DNA of 63,580 nucleotides, counting the filler, from Octopus bimaculoides (Eukaryota), in the NCBI RefSeq assembly GCF_001194135.2. It is 5 parts of 5 records of this genome, joined end to end, with 100 filler letters (N's around TTAATTAATTAA, not from the genome) between each part and the next. Parts side by side here need not be neighbours in the genome. Positions count along the whole stretch, not along the records: positions 19,420 to 44,499 come from NC_068996.1; positions 44,600 to 55,329 come from NC_068991.1; 3 more parts are not named here. One strand, written 5' to 3'. The position numbers were made by a program, and so were the translations under genes. Below are positions 38,651 through 51,295 of this stretch, piece after piece. Position 1 is the stretch's first letter. Every line of letters starts with the position of its first letter. A model generated the notes under the pieces. It had not been told where the DNA came from. It was given only the letters and a program-made list of their open reading frames with translations, and did no database searches.

Positions 38651-39396
38651 TATCTAATTGGTATAGAGCCGACATTAGACTTCAAAGAGTGTTGTAGTTT
38701 GCTTGAAGCATTGTAGTACAGAAGTAGAAAATGAAAAAAAAGGTAAATAAAGAAATCTTTTAACAATGCAGTAAGTTTTACAAAAACTCTTTATATTTCA
38801 GGCATAGTTGGAGAGTTGCTGCTGTTGCAAACCCAAAGACAGCAGTTAAAAATAACAAAATCGATGTAAATACACATTTCTTGGACTGCTTCCTCCTGAA
38901 GATAAGCCTTTGTGCCCAAAATATAAAGGTTTCTTTGTAAGACTTTCTGCATTGTCAGAAGCTTTCTTTATTTCCTTTTACTTTCATTTTTTTACTTCTG
39001 TACAAATAACAATGATTTCAAATTTTGGCACAAGGTAAACAATTTTAATTAGGAGGACTTAAGTTTATTACATAGACTCTAGTCTTTGACTGTTACTTTA
39101 TTCTATTGACTTGCAAAGGATGAAAAATAAAGTAAACCATGGCAGGATTTCAACTCAATGTAATGAGCTGTAAGAAATACTGTTTAGCATTTTGTTTTAT
39201 GTTCAGGCATTTATGATGACAAGTGTTCTAGCTGATCCAGTAATGTAACAGCCTGCTCATGAAATTAATGTGCAAGTGGCTGAGCACTCCACAGACACAC
39301 ATACCCTAAACATAGTTCTCAGGGAGATTCAACATGACACAGAGTGCCTTTTGAATCACAGCTACAACTCATTTTTATCAGATGAGTGGACTGGAG

Positions 39397-39684
39397 CAGT
39401 GGTTTTCAAACTGTGGTCCCCGGACCACAGAGGGTCCGCGCGGACAAGACAGGGGGTCCGTGAACAGCAAATACTTTTTATGGGGAATTTGATTTTATAT
39501 ATGTTTTTTAATCGAAATCTTTTAATTGACAATAAACCTATTTGTTAAATACTGTTAAATAAATAAATGTAAAAATATATGTTATTTTAAGCAAATATTT
39601 ATGTATAAATTTCATAAGCGTTTATAAGAGGGTAGAGCCTGAAATATAAAGGGGTCCGCAAGTCAAAAAGTTTGAAAACCCCTG
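39397..39684. mobile_element. hAT-type MITE inserted in a family B SINE
   Basis: TIRs CAGTGGTTTTCAAACT / AGTTTGAAAACCCCTG; 8-bp TSD GACTGGAG/GATTGGAG. Confidence 0.85.
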
Positions 39685-40130
39685 GATTGGAGCAACGTGA
39701 AATAATGAGTCTTGCTCAAGGATGCAACACACCACTNNNNNNNNNNNNNNNNNNNNNNNNNNNNNNNNNNNNNNNNNNNNNNNNNNNNNNNNNNNNNNNN
39801 NNNNNNNNNNNNNNNNNNNNNNNNNNNNNNNNNNNNNNNNNNNNNNNNNNNNNNNNNNNNNNNNNNNNNNNNNNNNNNNNNNNNNNNNNNNNNNNNNNNN
39901 NNNNNNNNNNNNNNNNNNNNNNNNNNNNNNNNNNNNNNNNNNNNNNNNNNNNNNNNNNNNNNNNNNNNNNNNNNNNNNNNNNNNNNNNNNNNNNNNNNNN
40001 NNNNNNNNNNNNNNNNNNNNNNNNNNNNNNNNNNNNNNNNNNNNNNNNNNNNNNNNNNNNNNNNNNNNNNNNNNNNNNNNNNNNNNNNNNNNNNNNNGAG
40101 ATTTAATAAACAGAAACTGAAAGAATCCTC

Positions 40131-40180
<50 letters not shown>

Positions 40181-40497
40181 ACTTACTGTAAACAAAATAA
40201 GAGTACATGGTGTTCCATTAAATGAAAAGTTAAAATACATACAATAAATGCGAAAACAGACACAGAAGGACACCAAATTCTCCTCAGTTATCAGCCAGAG
40301 GGCCAAACGCAACTTTGTACCTTGAATGATATTATAGGTCCCCTCTGGTGGTACCAGCAGCAGGAGTCGCAAGGAAGCGGCAAGCCAACGAACAAGGGAC
40401 CAAACATAACAGAAAGAGAACAAACAAACAAGAAATAAACAAACATGCTATACCTTGTTTACAGAACTCATTTTTTCCATCCAACTGATTCTGAAGA

Positions 40498-41580
40498 CTG
40501 CACTCCCCATAACTTACACTAAGAATAAGTACAAGGTATAATTACTACCTGCTTTTATAGTAAATTGATGCAGGAAGACTGTGGAATAAATGATAATCAG
40601 ATGGGGCAATATGTGCCAAATGTAATGGGGTGGGGGTATTCGTTTCCCATTCAAACTGGTCCAGACTTTGGAATGTCATCCTCGCTGTACGTAGCCAAGA
40701 ATTATCTGGATGGAAGAACAAAATTCGTCTTGAAACTAAACTAGGCGCAGGAGTGGCTGTGTGGTAAGTAGCTCACTTACCAACCACATGGTTCCGGGTT
40801 CAGTCCCACTGCGTGGCACCTTGGGCAAGTGTCTTCTACTATAGCCTCGGGCCGACAAAAACCTTGTGAGTGGATTTGGTAGACGGAAACTGAAAGAAGC
40901 CTGTCGTATATATGTATATATGTGTGTGTGTGTGTTTGTCCCTCCAACATTGCTTGACAACCGATGCTGGTGTGTTTACGTCCCCGTAACTTAGCAGTTC
41001 GGCAAAAAGAGACCGATAGAAAAGTACTAGGCTTGCAAAGAATAAGTCCTGGGGTTGATTTGTTCGACTAAAGGCGGTGCTCCAGCTTGGCCGCAGTCAA
41101 ATGACTGAAACAAGTAAAAGAGTATGATCATTTTTCTTCTAGCACAGGTATCGATGAATGGTTAAATGACCAAATTCACGCTTCTCTACTAGTTCCTCAA
41201 CAGATACAATGGGAATTTGTTCCATCAGGGTTTACAGGACATTCTCGTCGAGCTCTACAGATCTTCTAGGATGAGACTTGTCTTCTAGGTTGTATTTTCC
41301 GGCTCAGAATTTTTGGAACCTCTGTTGACACCAGCTTACATTTATTGTATAATCCCCATATACTGCATTAATATTCCTTGTACTTTCTGTTGCCTTTATT
41401 GAACTCATAAAGCAAAATATGTTGAATTTGTTCCATTGTCACTTCCATTATATCTTTGAAATAATAACTGTTAAAATCGAACTGCACTCCCCATAACTTA
41501 CACTAAGAATAAGTACAAGGTATAATTACTACCTGCTTTTATAGTAAATTGATGCAGGTAGTTTATCCCACATCCCTCCA
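40498..41580 (-). mobile_element. Rearranged mariner remnant interrupted by a SINE
   Basis: 41140-41580 matches the reverse complement of ~53650-54075; 40578-40738 matches 45740-45890; SINE A at 40743-41124. Confidence 0.75.
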
Positions 41581-42184
41581 ACTTTTAGTTTATACAATTG
41601 AAGAAATCACATTGTTTATGGGATGACCTAATTTATATGTGTGTGAGTGTGTTTGAGTTTGTTCCCTATCATCGCCTGACAACTAATGTTGATGTAGCGG
41701 TTCAGCAAAAGACACTGATAGAATAAGTACCAGGCTTAAGAAAAAACAAAGTACTGGGGTCACTTCATTTGACTAAAAATCTTCAAGCAGTGCCTCAGCA
41801 GAACCACAGTCTAATGACTGAAGCAAGTAAAAGATAAATTGGTCTAAGTTAAAACTTCCCATCAAAATTCCATATTAATTTACAATCCAAACATTAGCTT
41901 AATAGTGACAAAGTTATTTTTCTGAACTCCTCATTATTTTCAAAATTCATTGAAACAAAATATGGTGATAAAAGGGTTAATTGTAGTCGTACCAGTGAGT
42001 ATCTACAAAATTTACTGGTGCTTGAATCACCCAGAATGCTATTTTTCAAGCCAAGTTATTTCACAGGTAATGGGCACCAAATAGGATTTGCAGTTTTACT
42101 AAATTTGGCATAGGTTCAATCTCTGCAGCTATACACTGTGTGCAGTCAACATGTTATCAAACCACAAATAGGTTCTTCATTCAG

Positions 42185-42219
<35 letters not shown>

Positions 42220-43319
42220 AACGAGAGGAAGAAATAATAGTGTGACTTAACACTTGAATTATCATAATAATTTGGTGTCAGATATGATGTATGTGTGTGT
42301 GTGTGTGTGTGTTTGTACAACAGCAAAATCTTTCTACAGTACCTTCTTATAGATGATGTCTTCATCATCATCATCATCGTCATTTAACGTCCGCTTTCCA
42401 TGCTGGCATGGGTTGGACGATTTGACTGAGGACTGGTGAAACCAGATGGCTACACCAGGCTCCAATCTGATTTGGCAGAGTTTCTACAGCTGGATGCCCT
42501 TCCTAATGCCAACCACTCAGAGAGTGTAGTGGGTGCTTTTACGTGTCACTGGCACGAAGGCCAGTCAGGTGGTACTGGCAACGGCCACACTCAAAATGGT
42601 GTATTTTATGTGCCACCCACACAAGAGCCGGTCCACGGGCATTGGCAACGATCTCGCTCGAAAGTCCTTACACATGCCATGGGCACAGGTGCCATCACGA
42701 TTTCGCTTTCGCTTGCCCCAATAAGTCTTCGCAAGCAGAGTTTCATGTCCAATGAAGGAGACGACGTTGGCATGGGTGCCAGTCATCAAATTTAGTTCGG
42801 TTTTGATTTCACTTGCCTCAACAGGTCTTCGCAAGCAGAGTTTAGTGTCCACTGAAGGAAAGGTACGCATAAGTCTTCACATGTATATATATTCACACAC
42901 ACATTAAATATATAATTAAAGAAACTGATTTCCTGTATAATTTGTTTTCTTGCTACCAAGTTATGGCTTGTTTGAATCCAGAAAGTTTTAGCATNNNNNN
43001 NNNNNNNNNNNNNNNNNNNNNNNNNNNNNNNNNNNNNNNNNNNNNNNNNNNNNNNNNNNNNNNNNNNNNNNNNNNNNNNNNNNNNNNNNNNNNNNNNNNN
43101 NNNNNNNNNNNNNNNNNNNNNNNNNNNNNNNNNNNNNNNNNNNNNNNNNNNNNNNNNNNNNNNNNNNNNNNNNNNNNNNNNNNNNNNNNNNNNNNNNNNN
43201 NNNNNNNNNNNNNNNNNNNNNNNNNNNNNNNNNNNNNNNNNNNNNNNNNNNNNNNNNNNNNNNNNNNNNNNNNNNNNNNNNNNNNNNNNNNNNNNNNNNN
43301 NNNNNNNNNNNNNNCATCA

Positions 43320-44115
43320 TCTTGAAAATAGTCACATTGCACAGCAATACACTGGTCCCAGTATTCCTGCCACTTTTGGAATCTGGCCTGGGAGTTGTTT
43401 TCTGTGAATGAGTTGAGGACCTTCTGCAATTTGCTCTTGATCTTGATAACAATGAACTTTCAGCTGTATTTTCATCTTAGGGAAGAGATAGAAGTCTGCA
43501 GGTGCTAAATCTGGCAAATAGTGCCGGTGTGGAAGTGATACCATGTTTTTGGTGAGAAACTCATGAGTGAGGAGAGATTGGTGACAGTAGTGTTGTGAAG
43601 AATCCAATTCTCTGTACTCCACACATCTGGTTGCTTTCACCCAATGTCCTCCCTCAAACACTTTAAAACGTTGCAGTAGAACTCTGGATTGATGATCTAG
43701 CCCTGGGGGACAAATTCTTGATGCACAATACCACATTTCCAGGAGTGACACTCATGGCAGGTCTTCCAGATTGCTCATCATTGTCCAAGGATGATCTTCC
43801 ACTTTTGAAGTGCCTGTGCCACTCAAAACATTGCGTACAACCCATTGCCCTGTCACTGTATGCTTGCTGAAGCATGCTCAACGTCTCTGTAACAGACTTA
43901 CCAAGTTTAATGCCAAATTTTCATGTTGGCTCTTTGTTCCAACTTCCTGTGCAGCATACACATGATCACAAAAACACAAATTTCACAACTTGCAAAGTAA
44001 AGACAGCAATGTCACTTGGCTCACTGCCTCATGAACATCAATGCTAGCTCTCACTGCACACACAACTGTGTGCTGCCATCTGTTGGTGTGCTACAGAACT
44101 AGTCCCGGAACATTC
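43320..44115 (-). mobile_element. Internally deleted mariner
   Basis: FEWHRHFKSGRSSLDNDEQSGRP (HTH region) and YLPDLAPADFYLFPKMK (YSPDLAP-D motif). Confidence 0.88.
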
Positions 44116-44169
44116 TGATAGGTTACTAGAATAGTTAGGAGTATCAGGCAAAAAGTCTTGTACTATCTT

Positions 44170-44499
44170 TTCTCTGGATCTGTTCATTCTCTGTTCAAAT
44201 CCTGCCTTTCAAATGACGGGGTCGGGGGCGTAGGAATACTTCTAGCGGAGAAATGGGTGGATAAGGTAATCGAGGTCGTTAGAGTAAGTGACAGAGTACT
44301 TAAGATTAGACTAGTGCTTCATCATAGATTAGCTACTGTCATTTCAGCCTATGCACCTCAACCGGGGCTACCAGATGGTCTGAAAGACCAATTCTATGAC
44401 ACCCTCTTGCAAACTACCTCGTCGACGAGTGACAGGGACCTTCTCTTTGTGGCTGGAGACTTCAATGGTCATGTCGGACGTCGTGCTGGAGGCTTCCAT
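44170..44499 (+). mobile_element. Apurinic endonuclease domain of an RTE-clade LINE, open frame, cut by a scaffold gap
   Basis: GVGILL...VSDRVLKIRL...VISAYAPQ...KDQFYDTL...LFVAGDFNGHVG. Confidence 0.88.
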
Positions 44500-45054
44500 N
44501 NNNNNNNNNNNNNNNNNNNNNNNNNNNNNNNNNNNNNNNNNNNTTAATTAATTAANNNNNNNNNNNNNNNNNNNNNNNNNNNNNNNNNNNNNNNNNNNNC
44601 TACCATAACATTTCACCACCACCACCACCACCACCACCACGACCACCACTACCACCACCACCAACAACAACAACGACAACAAAACTGGCACCATCTTCCA
44701 ACCAAAGAACTGTTATTCGCCGAACGTCACTGGCGCCAAAACTGTTACTACCTGACCTACTGACACAACTACCGCTGCTGCTGCTACTATTACTACAACA
44801 ACTACTGCTGCTGCTGTTGCTGCTGTCACTTCTGCCGCTGCTGCAGCAGTGAACACTGCGCATATATGCACTGTTAGTTGCAGCCTACTTGTGCACTTAG
44901 CTTGCAGTAGCAGTTCTATATGGAGAATATGTCGCGGAAGCTGTAGAAAGATGGGTCATTATCACTCGTATAAGTTTGTGTATGTGTGTGCGTATGCGTT
45001 TGTATATGTGCATATGATTTACTGCAACAAAACCACATTAAAACACGTCACTAA

Positions 45055-45105
<51 letters not shown>

Positions 45106-45263
45106 AATATACTGGGTCATCCTGTATATCACGCTGTTTATTTTATATTTCTTTTATTTTTCAAGATTAAGATACGCAAAATTCTTTTTTAATCTAAAAT
45201 ATACTCTCCATCTACATATTTGTTTTGCAAGATTTTTGATGTGAAATCGTGTGTTGAAACAGT

Positions 45264-45568
45264 TGTTGTTGTACTTTGGGATGGTCATATTGCCAGTTTA
45301 GCCAATAAAAACACACGCACTGTATATTTGGTGTTAATTTGCTTCAGCTTTATATTACATTAATCCTATTTCGGCCAGAGTTCTTTCGTCACACTTCTGT
45401 GACCTCATCAGAGGTCATCACTGATGAGGTCACAGAAGTGTGACGAAAGAACTCTGGCCGAAATAGGATTAATGTAATATAAAGCTGAAGCAAATTAACA
45501 CCAAATATACAGTGCGTGTGTTTTTATTGGCTAAACTGGCAATATGACCATCCCCAAGTACAACAACA
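45264..45568. repeat. Near-perfect 148-bp inverted repeat with 9-nt spacer, HHR core in each arm
   Basis: 45264-45411 is the reverse complement of 45421-45568 with one mismatch; spacer AGGTCATCA. Confidence 0.95.
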
Positions 45569-45729
45569 TATACCCTCCATCATTTTCTACAATGCTCTTC
45601 CATCTGTCTGGTAGTCTTGCATGGCCCCACTTTCAAATTTCACTTGTCCATGATGAAAAATGCTCCTTCAGTACCGTTCTGATCTCGTCTACAGAAATCA
45701 TTTTTGTTTTCCCCATTCAAATGATTTTG

Positions 45730-46290
45730 AAGACTGCGAAATAAATGATAATCAGATGGAACAATGTCCGACGAATATAGTAGGTGGGACATCGTTTCTC
45801 ATTCAAACTGCTCCAGCCTTTGGAATGTCATAATCGCTGCATGTGGCCGAGCATTATCCTGATGGAAGAACACCGTTCGTCTTGAAACCAAAGATGGTCG
45901 GTTTTCTTCTAGCACTGGCTTAAGCTGCTCGCAGTAGATCTTCTTTGTTATCGTTTAGTTTGGGTTTAAAAGTTCAAAGTGGATTAAACCTAACCTTTCA
46001 TATCCCACCAAGCAGATAACAAAACCTTACATGGGTGAAGGCCTTTAGTCTGGAGTGCCGGTGTTTCTCCTTTACCTACCCACTGTTTTCGGCGCTTGAC
46101 ATTTTTATAGAGAACCCATTTCTCGTCACCAGTCGCTATTCGACCCCGAAAAGGTTTATTCATGATACGTGACAGCAAAGAAGAGCACACATTCACTCTC
46201 TGCATGCAATCAGACTAGGAAAGTTTGTAAAGAACACATTGACCCGATTTGCTGACTTTTCCGAATGCACCCATCATACAAGTGCGCAGT
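45730..46290 (-). mobile_element. Mariner (DD34D) transposase fragment
   Basis: RIATGDEKWVLYKN...LHPCKVLLSAWWDMKG. Confidence 0.9.
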
Positions 46291-46917
46291 CCTTACACGG
46301 ATTTGGATATGTTGTATTGAATGTTCTTTTCCGTCAAAAGCAGAGCTAGCTAAAGAAGTATTATGTCTGTTGTTTATATCTCGAAATGACGCAAACTGAC
46401 TACACCCTTTCCTTTTTTAGAAAAAGTATGCTGTTGCTCCTACATATCTGTATTTATTTTTTCTTCAGTACGAACAGAGCATTTACATACAATATTTTTA
46501 CGGAGACAGTCATTATTCAAAGGTCAGGCACTTCTATTTCAGCAGTTACATCTTTTAACATTAATACTGATATTACCGCTACGCGCGTTGAGCTGGTAGG
46601 ATCATTTGCACGTCAGGCAAAATGCAGCAAAAGAGAAGTTGTCCTGCGAAGAGAAGTATTCTACTAAGAGATGTTGCATCGTATCCTAAGTTCTCTTTGA
46701 CTGGTCTCTATATTTAGAAAGATCACAAAATAGATTTAGAAATTACTAAGGAACACTCTATTCATAATTTATGAACAATCTCTCGATAATGCTTAATATA
46801 TAACATATACTGTGAGGAAGGCATATGTACGTATATGTCTGTATCAACATCAGCACACAAATATATATACATTCATACATATATATATATATATGTATAT
46901 ATATGTATGTATATGTA

Positions 46918-46957
<40 letters not shown>

Positions 46958-47166
46958 TCACACAAACTTAATGTTAAAAACGTCGGGTGTGCGTGCGTAC
47001 CGTTACTTAATAAATGAAAAAAGTGCATCGTAAATAAATAACCACATATAAAAAAGGTATACATATAATGAGGGAACAACCGGACGGGAGACAGACTCAG
47101 TGGGTCCCTAATTCTTCATCAGTTATCAACCAGACTGGTAACACATAGTTTTTCACCATTAACGAT

Positions 47167-47224
<58 letters not shown>

Positions 47225-47822
47225 GTATGTATATATATATATGTATATATGTACACGCACATGTTTATATGTATGAACATAAGCATACATGTATGTATAT
47301 AATTTTATACAATTGTATAGATACCACATGTACACTGACGCTCATACTTATAATGCTAGTGTTATATGCAAGAATACGAGAGAAAATCTCGTATGAATCA
47401 TCAACTACTGATATCATATACATCCATATAATATATACCTCCATATAATATATACCTCCATATGCACACATGTATATATGTATGTACATACATGATATAT
47501 ATGTGTGTGTGTGTGTGTATGTATACTTATACATGTTTTTATATACGTGCACAGACACAAATACATATATAGAAGTATATATTTATGATGCAATGATACA
47601 TACGCACTCAGGCACACACAGACATGCATGTATTTATGTATGTACGTATTCGCGTGTCTCTATATATATATGAGTGTGTATATGTTCTTTCACATATACG
47701 AACTTTGCCCGATACATAAAATGTTAAGTTCTCGGCAAACCTGCAATTGGGATCTCAACAACAGCCGCGTGCTGAGTTTGGTGTAAAGAAAAACACTTAA
47801 CACTTGTCAAACTCACACAAAT

Positions 47823-47860
47823 ATGCAAATTAGCTTAGTCACGTGTAAGCTAATTTGCAT
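47823..47860. promoter_or_regulatory. Palindrome: two inverted octamers flanking an E-box
   Basis: ATGCAAATTAGCTTA-GTCACGTG-TAAGCTAATTTGCAT; perfect 15-bp arms. Confidence 0.5.
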
Positions 47861-48117
47861 TATTTTCTATGTAGCTACCAGGCGAGATTTCTCGCAAGAA
47901 AAAGTAATGTTCTGTCGAGTGCAAAGACGACTAACGAGGCTGATATCACATCATTTGTTTCAACACCTGTGTTGGTTTAACGTTAACCTGGGGTATGTCC
48001 CAAAGGTACGAAGACACACTCCACACAGTCTTAAATACATGCACACACATATACACACGTATTAGACGTAGGTATGCACATACCTCTACGTATATATGCA
48101 TATACTCATTTATTATT

Positions 48118-48184
<67 letters not shown>

Positions 48185-48894
48185 NNNNNNNNNNNNNNNN
48201 NNNNNNNNNNNNNNNNNNNNNNNNNNNNNNNNNNNNNNNNNNNNNNNNNNNNNNNNNNNNNNNNNNNNNNNNNNNNNNNNNNNNNNNNNNNNNNNNNNNN
48301 NNNNNNNNNNNNNNNNNNNNNNNNNNNNNNNNNNNNNNNNNNNNNNNNNNNNNNNNNNNNNNNNNNNNNNNNNNNNNNNNNNNNNNNNNNNNNNNNNNNN
48401 NNNNNNNNNNNNNNNNNNNNNNNNNNNNNNNNNNNNNNNNNNNNNNNNNNNNNNNNNNNNNNNNNNNNNNNNNNNNNNNNNNNNNNNNNNNNNNNNNNNN
48501 NNNNNNNNNNNNNNNNNNNNNNNNNNNNNNNNNNNNNNNNNNNNNNNNNNNNNNNNNNNNNNNNNNNNNNNNNNNNNNNNNNNNNNNNNNNNNNNNNNNN
48601 NNNNNNNNNNNNNNNNNNNNNNNNNNNNNNNNNNNNNNNNNNNNNNNNNNNNNNNNNNNNNNNNNNNNNNNNNNNNNNNNNNNNNNNNNNNNNNNNNNNN
48701 NNNNNNNNNNNNNNNNNNNNNNNNNNNNNNNNNNNNNNNNNAAACGCACACACACACTTTAATACTTTGTCTCAGAATCGTATTAATGTTCCAGAAAATT
48801 CCAGAAAACACTCCTGATCCTTCGGATGTTGACTGAAAGATGCATGCCTTTATGCACAGAGACATTTAGAAATATCTATCTATCTATCTATCAG

Positions 48895-48939
<45 letters not shown>

Positions 48940-48985
48940 ATTTATATATAGATATATAGATAGATACACACATACGCACACACAC

Positions 48986-49075
<90 letters not shown>

Positions 49076-49689
49076 GTAGGTAGATAGATATTATTCTTAC
49101 TCAAGAATGATGTTGACAGTAACTCCGAAGTTTTCTAGCAGCTAAGCCATCGTCGGAATGCGGCAGCTTAGCTGGCCAAAATTTCGAAGTCACTGACAAC
49201 AATCTTGTATAAGAATATTAAATTTGTACTCGATAAAAATAAAGAGTAGAGTAAAGGTCCTTCCCCACCGCCAACTTCATTCACAAAAGACCACGGGATT
49301 TCACCTAAAAAGTTACCCTCTGGAGCACAAGCCCTGGCAAGGTTGTTTATGGAAGACCAGCAGTCGCCCATGCATACCAGCCTTTCCTCTCCCTGCCACT
49401 GATGTTATCCAAGGGAAAGGCAAAGGGGCCGATACAGCTTGGTACTAGTGACTTCACAACTCATTTCTACAACTGAGTGAACTGGAGCAATGTGAAATAA
49501 AGCGTCTTGCTCAAGAACACAACACGCAGCCCGGTCTGGGAATCGAGCTCACGACCTCATGACTGTGAGCCCACGCTCTAACCACTGAGTCTTGCGCCTT
49601 CTCCAGGAGTGTAATAGAGTATAGAGTGACCCATCAGATTAATGTAAAATGTTTTTGTACTATAACTGAACATAAAAACAAACATTAGT

Positions 49690-51295
49690 ATAGATAAGAT
49701 GATAGATAGAGAGATAAATAGATAAATCAATAGATAATTAAATAGATAGGTCGATAGATAAATAAATAGATCGATAGATAGGTCGATAGGTAAATAAAAA
49801 GATAAATCGATAAATAAATTGAAAGATAGATCGATAGATAGATAAATAGATAGATCGATAGATAAATAGAAAAATAGATCCATAGATAATAGAAAGATAG
49901 ATCGATAGATAAATAAATAGAGACATCAATAGCTAGATAAATAGATAGATCGATGGATAGATAATTAGATAGATCGATAGATAGCTAATTAGATAGATCG
50001 ATAGATAAATAGATGGATCGATAGATACATTTCTTTTATTAGCCAGACAGGGCTCAACGAAGATGGGACAAATACAATGTAGNNNNNNNNNNNNNNNNNN
50101 NNNNNNNNNNNNNNNNNNNNNNNNNNNNNNNNNNNNNNNNNNNNNNNNNNNNNNNNNNNNNNNNNNNNNNNNNNNNNNNNNNNNNNNNNNNNNNNNNNNN
50201 NNNNNNNNNNNNNNNNNNNNNNNNNNNNNNNNNNNNNNNNNNNNNNNNNNNNNNNNNNNNNNNNNNNNNNNNNNNNNNNNNNNNNNNNNNNNNNNNNNNN
50301 NNNNNNNNNNNNNNNNNNNNNNNNNNNNNNNNNNNNNNNNNNNNNNNNNNNNNNNNNNNNNNNNNNNNNNNNNNNNNNNNNNNNNNNNNNNNNNNNNNNN
50401 NNNNNNNNNNNNNNNNNNNNNNNNNNNNNNNNNNNNNNNNNNNNNNNNNNNNNNNNNNNNNNNNNNNNNNNNNNNNNNNNNNNNNNNNNNNNNNNNNNNN
50501 NNNNNNNNNNNNNNNNNNNNNNNNNNNNNNNNNNNNNNNNNNNNNNNNNNNNNNNNNNNNNNNNNNNNNNNNNNNNNNNNNNNNNNNNNNNNNNNNNNNN
50601 NNNNNNNNNNNNNNNNNNNNNNNNNNNNNNNNNNNNNNNNNNNNNNNNNNNNNNNNNNNNNNNNNNNNNNNNNNNNNNNNNNNNNNNNNNNNNNNNNNNN
50701 NNNNNNNNNNNNNNNNNNNNNNNNNNNNNNNNNNNNNNNNNNNNNNNNNNNNNNNNNNNNNNNNNNNNNNNNNNNNNNNNNNNNNNNNNNNNNNNNNNNN
50801 NNNNNNNNNNNNNNNNNNNNNNNNNNNNNNNNNNNNNNNNNNNNNNNNNNNNNNNNNNNNNNNNNNNNNNNNNNNNNNNNNNNNNNNNNNNNNNNNNNNN
50901 NNAAGAAGGAGGCGCGACAATATTCACGATAGACTCAGATAGATAAATAGATAGATAGATACATCGATAGATAGGTACATCTATAGATAAATAGATAGAT
51001 CGATAGCTAGATATATAGATCGATTGATAGATAGATAAATAGATAGATCGATAAATAAATAGATAGATCGATAGATGAATAGATAAATCGATAGATATAT
51101 AAATAGATAGATCGATAGATGAATAGATAGATCGATAGATATATAAATAGATAGATCGATAGATAAATAGATAGATCGATAGATGAATAGATAGATCGAT
51201 AGATATATAAATAGATAGATGATAGATTGATAAATCAATAGATAGATGATAGACTGATAGATCGATCGATCGATCGATCGATCGATAGATAGATA
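49690..51295. repeat. Degenerate (GATA)n/(GATC)n array split by a gap
   Basis: atagatagatcgatagataa-type units on both sides of the 50083-50902 gap. Confidence 0.85.
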
